Below are positions 26,764 to 35,836 of a stretch of 64,000 nucleotides of DNA, in pieces. The stretch's first letter is position 1; each line of letters starts with the position of its first letter. The position numbers and the translations under genes were made by a program. Source of the DNA: Firmicutes bacterium UBA5389. GTDB taxonomy: Bacteria; Bacillota; DTU025. A model generated the notes under the pieces. That model was not told the origin of the DNA. It did no database searches and worked only from the letters and a program-made list of their open reading frames with translations. The DNA is taken from contig DHON01000092.1 of assembly GCA_002409965.1 (NCBI GenBank), positions 31,322-95,321 of the forward strand, given 5' to 3'.

Positions 26764-28185
26764 CTATAGGCGCGCCAGTTCCTCTTTGAGGTTGAAGTAC
26801 TCGTATCCGCCTCTTTGCGCCGGGAAGTCCTTCATCGCCAACCAGAACTCGCCGCTGTCTACGGCTGCGACCATGCTCCACAGGTTGGAGAAACAGGCGC
26901 TGAAGGAACCCTTCTTCTCGCTCTTGTAGAACTTGACGTTATCAGCATATTTCACGATGGGAGAGTACATGCATATGGTGACTCCATCGTTCATGCTGGG
27001 ATGCGACTCTTCCCAATCTCTCACTTTGCCAGTGTACGGGTCGACTCTGTCGCTCAGTATCTGCTGAGCTATCTTCTCGTCTATCTTGCCGTAGTGCTCC
27101 TCCAGCAGCTGTCCGTATCTGACGAACCTAGCTGATCCGCATACGTTCGGGTTGTCCTTGTCCGCCAGGCTCTCTTGCCACTTCTCGATGGTGCTGATAT
27201 CAGGCATCTTGTACACGGGAGCCTGATCTATTACCATACTGTGACCCTCATAGCCCTTCCACCCGGGATAGCAATTGCAGTGGTTAGACGTCCACATGGC
27301 GTCCTTCCCCGCTTCGGGATAGCGGACTGCTACTTGACTCGCTGATGCTTCGATTACTGCAGCCCTGCCGGCCTTCGCGTCCCCAACATGGTAGTTGATG
27401 CCCGTGCATCTCGGGTAAACCGTAAGTATGTTGATAGCGTCTTCAATTACATCTGTATTCGTCAGGATCAGCCTGGACAGAATTCCGATGCCGCAGCCCT
27501 TCAGTGTCTCATTAACTGAGGCGCTGTACTGAGTCATCATCTCGATGCCGTTTTCGCTGATGCCGCCGTCAATAGCGATCATTCCCGGATGGGTAATGAA
27601 TGCGTGGCCGTACCCTCTGTCGGGCTTGACTATGGCCAATATGCGGTGCTCTTTTGCGCCCGGTATGTTCAGGTTGTCCATGTTCTTGCCGAAGATCATC
27701 TTGCCGTTGACAGTAGCCTTGCCCCAGGCCGAAAAGCTGCTGCAGCCCGGCGGATATGCATGCCTGACCGAATGCCTGTCCGGCTCTGCAGGATCAGGAT
27801 GCGCATAGAAGCACCATTGGTCGTACATCGTGTTCCAAAGAACTATGTCGTCATAGTCCAGCGTCGAACCTTGGGCGGCTATCCCGTCGGCAATTCCCCT
27901 CATCTCTTCCTTGAACTCAGGAGGAACGTACCCTTCGGCCGACCTCTTGCCCTTCATCATTACCTCGATAGCCTCACTGTGGCTACAGCCTAGGGCCAGA
28001 GCAATAACGGCGGCGGCTCCGGTAATCGAATCCGGGATGACCTCCGAGATCTCCTTCGCCAGCAGGAATCCGTGTTGATAGCCTCTCTCGTAAGGCTTCC
28101 CCGACAGGTGCAGGACCTTGATGCCCTTGTTCATCTCCAGAAATCCGTTGTCGCGTGTCTTCACTGTCTTCACGACTTGTGCCAT
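26764..28185 (-). CDS. C45-family Ntn-hydrolase (acyl-CoA:6-aminopenicillanic acid acyltransferase-like peptidase/acyltransferase)
   Basis: Autoproteolytic Gly-Cys site (YPPGCSSFSAWG) with an AAT/C45-like flank. Cytoplasmic. RBS GGAGGC. Confidence 0.7.
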   Translation of the reverse strand: MAQVVKTVKTRDNGFLEMNKGIKVLHLSGKPYERGYQHGFLLAKEISEVIPDSITGAAAVIALALGCSHSEAIEVMMKGKRSAEGYVPPEFKEEMRGIADGIAAQGSTLDYDDIVLWNTMYDQWCFYAHPDPAEPDRHSVRHAYPPGCSSFSAWGKATVNGKMIFGKNMDNLNIPGAKEHRILAIVKPDRGYGHAFITHPGMIAIDGGISENGIEMMTQYSASVNETLKGCGIGILSRLILTNTDVIEDAINILTVYPRCTGINYHVGDAKAGRAAVIEASASQVAVRYPEAGKDAMWTSNHCNCYPGWKGYEGHSMVIDQAPVYKMPDISTIEKWQESLADKDNPNVCGSARFVRYGQLLEEHYGKIDEKIAQQILSDRVDPYTGKVRDWEESHPSMNDGVTICMYSPIVKYADNVKFYKSEKKGSFSACFSNLWSMVAAVDSGEFWLAMKDFPAQRGGYEYFNLKEELARL

Positions 28186-28263
28186 ATCTTCTGCCTCCTA
28201 TACGTTTTTCTGGTTCAGCCGCAGGCGTGGCCAACTCGACTCTCCAGTTACTTATCCATTCCG

Positions 28264-28314
28264 GGCGGGCTGCAGCCGCGGACCTTTTGCAGGGATCTCG
28301 GTTTGCAGCCCGCC
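28264..28314 (-). repeat. intercistronic inverted repeat (11-bp GC-rich stem, 29-nt loop) between SBP gene and C45 gene
   Basis: GGCGGGCTGCA ... TGCAGCCCGCC, perfect. No U-tract. Confidence 0.6.
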
Positions 28315-28347
28315 TCGCATACTCAGCGCTTTAGAGGGCTGACTGGA

Positions 28348-29538
28348 CTATTTCCATGCCTCCACGTACGTTACGCATTTCTTGATTCCGTTCTCTATGA
28401 CGAAGAGGAATGAGCCCTTGTCGGAAGGTATTCCGTCCTTCATCGACCACGCCATCTGTATACCGTCGAAGTCCTGCATGTTGCGGATGTAATCTCTGAT
28501 CATGATCCGCTCTGCCTTCAGCTTCTTGGGATCGCCGGTTACGTCCGTCTCCTCGATGGCCCTCTTGATCATGTAGACGCAGTCGTAGTATATGGTGGAC
28601 AGGGAAGTCGGATCCAGTCCGCCATGATCCTTCTTGTAGTTCTCCTTGAAGGTCTTCCAGCGGGGCGTCTCTTTCGCGCCGTCGAAGTAGGCATAGATGT
28701 AGCACCCATTGAGGCTATCCCTCCCTGTGGTATACAGAGGCATATCGTCAGCGCTGCTGAAAATGAGTATCTTGGACTTATCCTTCCAGCCGTACTTCTC
28801 TAGCTCGATGATTATCTTCGCAACCTTCTCAGATGTGCACGTGAACATGAATCCATCGGGCTTCTGTGCCAACGCCCTGACAACCAGGGGTCCGAAAGTG
28901 ACCGCGTCTGTCGGAACCTCAACGGTGAAGGTTTCTACTCCAACGGAAGCCAGCCCGTCAGCGTGAGCGTCCGCCATGCTCGGCCAGCAAGCCCACTTCT
29001 CCACAAACTGGATAACCTTCTTCATCTTGGGCTGCTCCTTGGCCCAGGCAGCGGCTGCGGGGGCCAGGTGTTTGTCCGTGGGTGGATACCACGACAGCGT
29101 CCAGGGGAAGAACTGAGTTGAGTACTCGTAGGTCGTGGAAGCTGTCATGCTGAACAGGCCTTGCCTCACAGCCAGCGGCATGGCTGCCATTATGCAGGCT
29201 TCAGGCACTGGACCCAATGACACCAGGCTCTTGTTGACGATCCTGGCCATTTGCTCAACGGCCTTCTCCGGGCTGACACCCGTGTCGTAGTCCACGATTT
29301 TGACGGGCTTGCCCTTGATGCCGCCCTTCTGGTTGATCTCGTACGCCGCCCTGTGCGCGCTCCAGGCCATGTACTCGCCGATGCTCGCGATAGGTCCGGT
29401 CAAGCAGTTCAGAAACGGTATCTCCCACTGATCTACCACAGCGGCTGAAGGCGCGCCGAGGCTAGAGCCGGCGAGACAGACTAGAAGAACCGCCATGATC
29501 AGCAGACCTGCGAATGACTTAGTGTGCTTTCCCATCAT
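28348..29538 (-). CDS. ABC transporter substrate-binding protein, branched-chain amino acid (HAAT/LivK) family, secreted
   Basis: Signal peptide MMGKHTKSFAGLLIMAVLLVCLAGSS and a periplasmic-binding-protein type I fold. ATG 29538 behind GGGAGGAG. The upstream track extension overlaps the permease and is judged non-coding. Confidence 0.8.
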   Translation of the reverse strand: MMGKHTKSFAGLLIMAVLLVCLAGSSLGAPSAAVVDQWEIPFLNCLTGPIASIGEYMAWSAHRAAYEINQKGGIKGKPVKIVDYDTGVSPEKAVEQMARIVNKSLVSLGPVPEACIMAAMPLAVRQGLFSMTASTTYEYSTQFFPWTLSWYPPTDKHLAPAAAAWAKEQPKMKKVIQFVEKWACWPSMADAHADGLASVGVETFTVEVPTDAVTFGPLVVRALAQKPDGFMFTCTSEKVAKIIIELEKYGWKDKSKILIFSSADDMPLYTTGRDSLNGCYIYAYFDGAKETPRWKTFKENYKKDHGGLDPTSLSTIYYDCVYMIKRAIEETDVTGDPKKLKAERIMIRDYIRNMQDFDGIQMAWSMKDGIPSDKGSFLFVIENGIKKCVTYVEAWK

Positions 29539-29549
29539 CTTTCTCCTCC

Positions 29550-30431
29550 CTAGTTGTTGCATTTGCTGATTCCACCCGATACCTTGCCTTTCAGACGTAG
29601 AAGCATCCGTTTCGTGACTAACCCACCGGGGAGTACGAGGACAATGACAATAAGGGTGAGCGCGTAGATGACTTGGCGCCACGAGGCGATAGCGCTAGGA
29701 AGAAGCAACTGCATGCCTTCTAGGATCGGAACTGAGACTATCACCCCCCACATGGTTGTATGCCCGCCGGCAAAGAGCATGCACATGAGAGTGCCAATGA
29801 CTCCCAGGTTAAAGAACTCGGGGAAGAGACCGCCTATGAGAAACGCGTATAGAGTCCCCGCTAGTCCAGCTAGTGCTCCTGCTGCGACTTGAAAGAACAT
29901 CCCTAGCCTCTTCACGTCGATTCCCAGGGCGGCCGCGGTGTTCTTGTCTACAAAGACCACAGAGGCCGCTCTTCCCAACCGGGAGTGGTCTATCCGGTAT
30001 ATCACCGCTCCCGCATACACGACAAGCAAGTACGTTAGTGGGAGCAAGTGGTTGACCTGTGGAATCCCGAAGAAGCCTATCGTTCCGCCCAGTGCCGGGG
30101 AGTTCTCGACGGCTGTCTTCAGAATGAAGATAATGGTCAAGCCGATGATCACCACCGTAAAGCAGGGCGCATCGCCGATAGCAAACGAAGGGATCAAGCA
30201 GATCAAGATTCCGATGAGTATTCCGACTACGACTATCAGGGCAAAGGGCCATGACCATTCGCGGGCAGCGAAGCCGGAAAAATAGGCAGACGCAAGCATG
30301 CAAGCAACGGTCAAGTAATGGAGTTGCCCAACGCGGTAAGGCAGGTAAAGCGACCAACACATCAGGATATTAATCCCTGTAAATGACAAGAAGTAATACA
30401 GTACTGGCGACAACTGTCCAGCCTCCCCCAT
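29550..30431 (-). CDS. branched-chain amino acid ABC transporter permease (LivM-like)
   Basis: Polytopic permease of the HAAT family. No SD before ATG 30431. Alternative start TTG 30413 behind GGGGAGG. Confidence 0.8.
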   Translation of the reverse strand: MGEAGQLSPVLYYFLSFTGINILMCWSLYLPYRVGQLHYLTVACMLASAYFSGFAAREWSWPFALIVVVGILIGILICLIPSFAIGDAPCFTVVIIGLTIIFILKTAVENSPALGGTIGFFGIPQVNHLLPLTYLLVVYAGAVIYRIDHSRLGRAASVVFVDKNTAAALGIDVKRLGMFFQVAAGALAGLAGTLYAFLIGGLFPEFFNLGVIGTLMCMLFAGGHTTMWGVIVSVPILEGMQLLLPSAIASWRQVIYALTLIVIVLVLPGGLVTKRMLLRLKGKVSGGISKCNN

Positions 30432-30448
30432 CTCGTAATATCTAGAGG

Positions 30449-31324
30449 CTATGCTTCAATGCCGAACAACCCTTCGGGCTTTATCAGCATGATTACGAGC
30501 ATCATCATGAAAGCAATGGCGTTTGACCATGACCCGGCGAGATACCCAATTGCCATGCTCTCGGCGATTCCAAGCAGCAACCCGCAAACCAGGCCGCCCT
30601 TCAGATTGCCCAGACCGGCGAGGATGGAAGCCGCTACTACCTTCATCCCCACGAAGTCGCCGAGACCCGGCGATGCTGATCCCAACAGCCTGGCGAACAT
30701 GACAGCCGTTAGGCCGCCCAGAAGACCCGCTATGGCGTAGCTTAGGACCCGCGTCTTGATGATGGGTATTCCTATGATCGATGAGAGGAGGCTGTTTTCG
30801 CTTATGGCCCTCAGCACCCTTCCCTGCCTTGTTCGATACAGCAGGTAGAAGAAGGCCGCCACGGCAGCGATGCCTCCGAATAGGGCGTACGCTTGCCCTG
30901 CAGAGAAGGCGATCAACCCAGAGCTGAAAATACTCTTTCCTACCCACTCTGTCGGAAAAGCAATAGGATATCCGTAGTTGAGCAGGTGAGACATTACGTC
31001 CGTTATCAAGAGAGCCATGCTCATTGAAACCACGAAAGACACGTTGATGTCCAGGCCGTGTCTCTTGGCAAGCAGGCGGAATATCGGTTCAATCGCCACG
31101 TTCACCACTATGCAACTGGCAACGGAGGCGAGCACGACCAGGAGCATGTTGTCGGTGTGCCGCAATACTCCCCAGCATACGTACATGGACAATACCACCA
31201 GGTGCGGATAGGCGAACTGGATGATCTTCGCGACTAGGAGCATTAGGTTGAACCCCAGTACCAGCAGAACATACATGCTGCCCAAAGAGAGACCGTTAAG
31301 CAGTTGAGCCGCAAATATTTCCAT
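30449..31324 (-). CDS. branched-chain amino acid ABC transporter permease (LivH-like)
   Basis: LNGLSLGSMYVLLVLGFNLM is the LivH signature. RBS AAGGAGA. Confidence 0.8.
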   Translation of the reverse strand: MEIFAAQLLNGLSLGSMYVLLVLGFNLMLLVAKIIQFAYPHLVVLSMYVCWGVLRHTDNMLLVVLASVASCIVVNVAIEPIFRLLAKRHGLDINVSFVVSMSMALLITDVMSHLLNYGYPIAFPTEWVGKSIFSSGLIAFSAGQAYALFGGIAAVAAFFYLLYRTRQGRVLRAISENSLLSSIIGIPIIKTRVLSYAIAGLLGGLTAVMFARLLGSASPGLGDFVGMKVVAASILAGLGNLKGGLVCGLLLGIAESMAIGYLAGSWSNAIAFMMMLVIMLIKPEGLFGIEA

Positions 31325-31353
31325 AGTATGTATTCTCCTTAACTCTGGTTGAA

Positions 31354-32058
31354 CTACACGTTGCTGCCCAAATAGGCACGACGGACTTCCGGATGACTCA
31401 TGAGTTCCTGCGTGAGACCTTGCAGCACCACTCTGCCGGTCTCCATGACATAAGCGCGATTGGCGAACTCAAGCGTCTTCTTTGCGTTTTGCTCTGCCAG
31501 GAGAATCGTATAACCCTTATTGTTCAGGTCGCCCAGGATATCAAAAATCTCGCTGACCACTTTTGGAGCGAGGCCCAGCGAGAGTTCGTCTACCATGACC
31601 AGTTCAGGTTTTGACATCAGTGTCCGGGCTATCGACAGCATCTGCTGTTCCCCGCCGCTCAGGGTTCCTGCAGTTTGGTGAATCCTCTTGCGCAAAACCG
31701 GAAAAGACTCGAACACGTTCTCCAGGTTGTCGTTGAAATCCTGAGGGTTGTGGTAAGCCCCCAATTGGAGATTCTCCAAGACGGTCATCGTGGAAAACAC
31801 CAAGTGCCCTTCGGGTATGAGGCCCAGACCCATATTGGCGACCTTGTCGGTGCTGCTGTTGGTGATGTCGTCTCCCAAGAAGAGTACTTTCCCGCTCTGA
31901 ACCTTCTGAACACCGAGAATCGCTTTGAGCAACGTTGTTTTGCCTGCGCCGTTCGCACCGATCAGGGCCACGATCTCTCGTCTGTCCACTTCAATGCTGA
32001 TATTCTCGAGCGCCCTCACTGGCCCGTAGGATACGGAAACACCTTCAACCTTAAGCAT
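31354..32058 (-). CDS. ABC transporter ATP-binding protein (LivF-like)
   Basis: Walker A GANGAGKTT, signature LSGGEQQML. ATG 32058 overlaps the livG stop (ATGCTTAA). Confidence 0.85.
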   Translation of the reverse strand: MLKVEGVSVSYGPVRALENISIEVDRREIVALIGANGAGKTTLLKAILGVQKVQSGKVLFLGDDITNSSTDKVANMGLGLIPEGHLVFSTMTVLENLQLGAYHNPQDFNDNLENVFESFPVLRKRIHQTAGTLSGGEQQMLSIARTLMSKPELVMVDELSLGLAPKVVSEIFDILGDLNNKGYTILLAEQNAKKTLEFANRAYVMETGRVVLQGLTQELMSHPEVRRAYLGSNV

Positions 32059-32833
32059 GCTGCTCTTCTTCACCGAGATAAGCCTCCAGTACTTTCGGAT
32101 CGCTCTGTATGTGCTTCGGACTCCCCTCGCTGATTTTCTCTCCGAAATTGATGACTGTGACCCAATCACACAGATCGACAACTAAGCTGACATCATGACT
32201 GACTAGGACTATGGTGACTCCAGTATCCCTTATGTGCCTGATAATGCCCTTCAGTTCTTCTGTTTCTTTGAGCCCCATTCCCGAGGTAGGTTCATCCAGA
32301 AGCAATAGCTTCGGATCGAGTACTAAGGCACGAGCAATCTGCACTAGTTGACGTTCCACCCAAACTAGTTCGCCGGCCCAGCGGTGGGCCGAGTCTGCCA
32401 TTCCCACGAAATCCAAAGCCTCTTGTGCCTTTTGCCTGATCTCCCTCTCCTGAGCACAGAAAACACGAGGCCGCCGAAGAAAAGTCCCGATGGGATCGAT
32501 ACCGGAATAGTAGTACATACCTGCCATAACATTCTCCAGTACAGTATCGGGCATCATCATGGCAGCCTGGAAGGACCGAGCAAGCCCCATTCTGGCAACG
32601 GCCTGAGCCGGAAGGTTGGTTGTGTTCACAGAGTCGAGATAGATCTGCCCTTCGGTGGGCGGCAGCAATCCCGAAACCAGGTTAAAGAACGTTGACTTCC
32701 CGGCCCCGTTGGGGCCGATCAGCCCGTGAATCCTACCCCTCTTCACATTGACATCCAGGTTGGTAATTGCCTTGACACCACTGAAATGCTTACTTAGCCC
32801 CATGGTCGAGAGGATTGCCTCGTCTGAAGTCAT
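32051..32833 (-). CDS. ABC transporter ATP-binding protein (LivG-like)
   Basis: Walker A GPNGAGKST and the LivG-specific C-terminal extension. ATG 32833 behind AAAGGAG. Confidence 0.85.
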   Translation of the reverse strand: MTSDEAILSTMGLSKHFSGVKAITNLDVNVKRGRIHGLIGPNGAGKSTFFNLVSGLLPPTEGQIYLDSVNTTNLPAQAVARMGLARSFQAAMMMPDTVLENVMAGMYYYSGIDPIGTFLRRPRVFCAQEREIRQKAQEALDFVGMADSAHRWAGELVWVERQLVQIARALVLDPKLLLLDEPTSGMGLKETEELKGIIRHIRDTGVTIVLVSHDVSLVVDLCDWVTVINFGEKISEGSPKHIQSDPKVLEAYLGEEEQHA

Positions 32834-32919
32834 GCGATCAATGCTCCTTTGCATGCAGCGACTTTGCTTTCTGGCGGCGGCAGGACACTCCATAATCCCC
32901 ATCAATGAACTTGTATAGA

Positions 32920-32948
32920 AGTTTATCGAATATTGCCGATGGTGTCAA
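32920..32948 (-). promoter_or_regulatory. sigmaA-type promoter for the ABC transporter / C45 / panEB operon
   Basis: Minus strand: TTGACA, 17 bp, TAAACT. About 80-nt leader to the livG ATG 32833. Confidence 0.45.
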
Positions 32949-33072
32949 CCATTATCGCCATTACGCCACCGCGTCTGGGTAACGGATTAGGGCGTTTCCC
33001 TGGCGATTACCATAAGAGGATGCCGGTATTATGCTGGGTGGCGCGGCAATGGTAAATACGAAATTTGGGCAT

Positions 33073-33097
33073 AAAAAAAAGCCGGAACTGATCCGGC
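33073..33097 (-). terminator. intrinsic terminator downstream of pnp
   Basis: On the minus strand: GCCGGA-tcagt-TCCGGC followed by TTTTTTTT. Lies 33 nt after the pnp stop. Confidence 0.7.
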
Positions 33098-33129
33098 TGT
33101 GTTGCTATATTGCTATATGCGGCACTAAC

Positions 33130-35328
33130 CTATCTGCGCCGTCGGTCACCCCCGCCATCTCGCCTGGGCCCGGCGCTCCCTCGCTGGAAGCCCGCTCGCG
33201 GCGGCCTCGGACCCCGGTCGAAAGGCTGCTCCACATAGCCTTCCGGCTTGGGCAGCAGGTCCTTGCGCGACAGGTTGATCCTGCCCTGGCTGTCGATCTC
33301 GGTCACCCTCACCGTCACCTCATCGCCTATGTTCACAACGTCTTCCACAGTTGCAACCCGCTCATAGGCAAGCTGAGAGATGTGCACGAGGCCTTCTTTG
33401 CCCGGGAGCACTTCCACGAAAGCGCCGAACGGCATTATCCGCGTTACCTTGCCTGTATAGACTTCGCCCTGCTCAGGATCGTGCACCAGCTCGTTGATCA
33501 TGGCCACCGCGCGTTTGGCGTCGTCTTCATCGATCGATGCAATGAACACGCGACCATCGTCTTCGATGTCGATCTTGGTGTTGGTCAGCTCGATGATCTT
33601 GCGTATCATCTTGCCCCCAGGTCCGATCACATCGCGGATCTTGTCGGGGTCAATGCTTATCGTGAGCATCCTGGGCGCGTAGGGCGACAGCTCAGGACGG
33701 GGCTCCGGCAGAGCCTCCAGCATCTTGCCGAGGATGAACATCCTGCCTCGATTCGCCTGCTCCAGCGCCGACCGGAGTATGTCGCGGGAGATGCCCTTGA
33801 CCTTCATGTCCATCTGTATCGCCGTCACGCCGTCGCGTGTGCCTGCCACCTTGAAGTCCATGTCGCCGAGATGGTCTTCCATGCCCTGGATGTCAGTGAG
33901 TATGGCGAGTCTGTCGTCGTGCTTGACCAAACCCATCGCTACGCCAGCTACCGGCTTTTTGATCGGCACGCCCGCGTCCATAAGCGAGAGTGTGCTGCCG
34001 CAGATGGATGCCTGGCTGCTCGAGCCGTTGGATTCAACGACCTCCGACACCAGCCTGATCGTATATGGAAACTCCTCTTCAGAGGGGATAACGGGCAGAA
34101 GAGCGCGCTCAGCCAGCGCACCGTGGCCAATCTCGCGTCTCCCCGGGCCCCGGATGGGACGCACCTCGCCAACGCTGTACGGCGGGAAGTTGTAGTGGTG
34201 TATGTAGCGCTTCGACTCCTCTAGGCCCAGGTCGTCGATGATCTGCATTTCGCCGACGGCTCCCAGCGTGCATGTGGTGATCACCTGAGTCTGCCCGCGC
34301 CGGAACATGGCCGACCCGTGCACACGGGGAAGCAGGCCCACAGCGCAGTCTATCGGGCGGATTTCGTCCATTGCCCGGCCGTCCGGTCGAATGTGCTCTG
34401 CCGTGATCATCTTGCGCACTATCTGCTTGAGCATGCTGTCCAGCGCCGCGTCTATGCACTTGTGAGGCGTGTCTTCGCCCATTTCCTCCTCGAAATGCGC
34501 ATGGGTCGCCTGTCGGACGGCGCTGGTCAGTTTCTCGCGGGCCAGTTTGTCGGGGTTGCGCACGGCCGCATCCAGCTGCGCGTGGGCGAACACCTCAATC
34601 TTCGCAGCAAGCTCCGGATCGGGTTCGAGTAACTTGAACTCCCGCTTGGGCACGCCGACCGCTGCGATGATCTCGTCCTGAAAAGCGATTATCTCCTTGA
34701 TCGTGTCGTGCCCGCGCATGATCGCCTCCAACACCTGCTCCTCGGAGACCTCGTTGGCCGCGGCCTCCACCATGAGCACTGCATCGCGGGTACCTGCGAC
34801 CACCAACGACAGGCTCGACTTATCCAGCTCTTCCGCGCTGGGGTTGATCACGAATTCGTCGTCCACGATGCCGACCTTGACGCCTGCGATGGGGCCGTCG
34901 AAGGGCACATCGGAGATGCCGAGCGCAATGGACGCTCCGTTCATCGCCAGCACCGATGGTTCCACCCCAGGCTCAACGGACATCACTACCGCGACTACCT
35001 GGACATCGTTTCTGAAACCCTCCGGAAACAGCGGCCGTATCGGCCTGTCGATCTGCCGCCCCGCCAGGATCGCCGCCTCGCTCGGGCGGCCTTCGCGCTT
35101 GATGAACCCTCCAGGGATCTTGCCCACTGAATAGAGCCTTTCCTCGTAGTCCACCAAGAGCGGGAAGAAGTCTATGCCCTCCCTCGGCTCCTTGGAAGCA
35201 GTCGCGGTGACCAGGACCACTGTATCGCCGTACCGTACCAGCGCAGACCCCCCGGCCTGCCGGGCGACGTAGCCGGTTTCAACCGACAGCTTCCTTCCTG
35301 CCACGACTGTCTCAAACGTCTGATGCAT
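33130..35328 (-). CDS. pnp: polynucleotide phosphorylase with a basic RG-rich C-terminal tail
   Basis: Two RNase PH domains, KH ([10 protein letters not shown]) and S1 ([19 protein letters not shown]). The tail is [27 protein letters not shown]. Confidence 0.95.
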   Translation of the reverse strand: MHQTFETVVAGRKLSVETGYVARQAGGSALVRYGDTVVLVTATASKEPREGIDFFPLLVDYEERLYSVGKIPGGFIKREGRPSEAAILAGRQIDRPIRPLFPEGFRNDVQVVAVVMSVEPGVEPSVLAMNGASIALGISDVPFDGPIAGVKVGIVDDEFVINPSAEELDKSSLSLVVAGTRDAVLMVEAAANEVSEEQVLEAIMRGHDTIKEIIAFQDEIIAAVGVPKREFKLLEPDPELAAKIEVFAHAQLDAAVRNPDKLAREKLTSAVRQATHAHFEEEMGEDTPHKCIDAALDSMLKQIVRKMITAEHIRPDGRAMDEIRPIDCAVGLLPRVHGSAMFRRGQTQVITTCTLGAVGEMQIIDDLGLEESKRYIHHYNFPPYSVGEVRPIRGPGRREIGHGALAERALLPVIPSEEEFPYTIRLVSEVVESNGSSSQASICGSTLSLMDAGVPIKKPVAGVAMGLVKHDDRLAILTDIQGMEDHLGDMDFKVAGTRDGVTAIQMDMKVKGISRDILRSALEQANRGRMFILGKMLEALPEPRPELSPYAPRMLTISIDPDKIRDVIGPGGKMIRKIIELTNTKIDIEDDGRVFIASIDEDDAKRAVAMINELVHDPEQGEVYTGKVTRIMPFGAFVEVLPGKEGLVHISQLAYERVATVEDVVNIGDEVTVRVTEIDSQGRINLSRKDLLPKPEGYVEQPFDRGPRPPRAGFQRGSAGPRRDGGGDRRRR

Positions 35329-35365
35329 TCAGTCGCCTACCTCCTCAATGTGTAGCGCATCTTGC

Positions 35366-35404
35366 TTACAAATAGGAGAGCGGGAAGGTGAACACCCGCT
35401 CTCC
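35366..35404 (-). terminator. rpsO terminator / pnp-leader hairpin
   Basis: Minus strand: GGAGAGCGGG-tgttcacctt-CCCGCTCTCC then TATTTGT. Lies between the rpsO stop and the pnp RBS (GAGGAGG). The position is analogous to the rpsO terminator/RNase III site that autoregulates pnp in other bacteria. Confidence 0.6.
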
Positions 35405-35416
35405 GTAGCACTTCCC

Positions 35417-35686
35417 CTACTTGCGCAACCCCAGTCGCTCCACAATGGCCCTGTACCGCTCGATCTCGGTTTCCTTCAGGTAATCCAAGAGCGCCCGCCG
35501 TCTGCCCACCATCTTGAGCAGACCTCGCCTGGAGTGATGGTCCCTCTTGTGCGTCTTCAGGTGCTCCGTAAGGTAGTTTATCCTTTCCGTCAAGATTGCC
35601 ACCTGGACTTCTGGAGACCCGGTATCGGAATCGTGGACCCGGTACTTCTCAATGATCGCTCGCTTCTCATCAATGCTCAGGCTCAA
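35417..35686 (-). CDS. rpsO: 30S ribosomal protein S15
   Basis: [47 protein letters not shown] start 35686, 10 nt after AGGAGG. The track GTG sits inside the RBS. Confidence 0.9.
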   Translation of the reverse strand: MSLSIDEKRAIIEKYRVHDSDTGSPEVQVAILTERINYLTEHLKTHKRDHHSRRGLLKMVGRRRALLDYLKETEIERYRAIVERLGLRK

Positions 35687-35836
35687 AGGATACTGCACCT
35701 CCTAGTTTTGGATCCCCCCCTACCAAGAAAGCCGTCGGAGGGTCGGCAGCCCTAGTACGGGGTTCGACAAGCGCTACTCTGATAACTTGCCAAAGTACAT
35801 CTTAGCATACGGGTCATAGGGTGTAAACTCAGTTGC

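Noticed and set aside
35750-35775. GGTTCGA-containing stretch resembling a tRNA T-loop upstream of rpsO; general scan for tRNA/rRNA.
   Set aside because: No complementary T-stem or acceptor stem is present. No other tRNA-like cloverleaf or rRNA signature was seen in any intergenic gap.
35699-35836. ribF terminator / rpsO promoter in the ribF-rpsO spacer (GCCG-N9-CGGC + TTTCTT; TTGTCG and TTTACA -35 candidates).
   Set aside because: The stem is only 4 bp. The -35 and -10 candidates have wrong spacing. Too weak to report as features.
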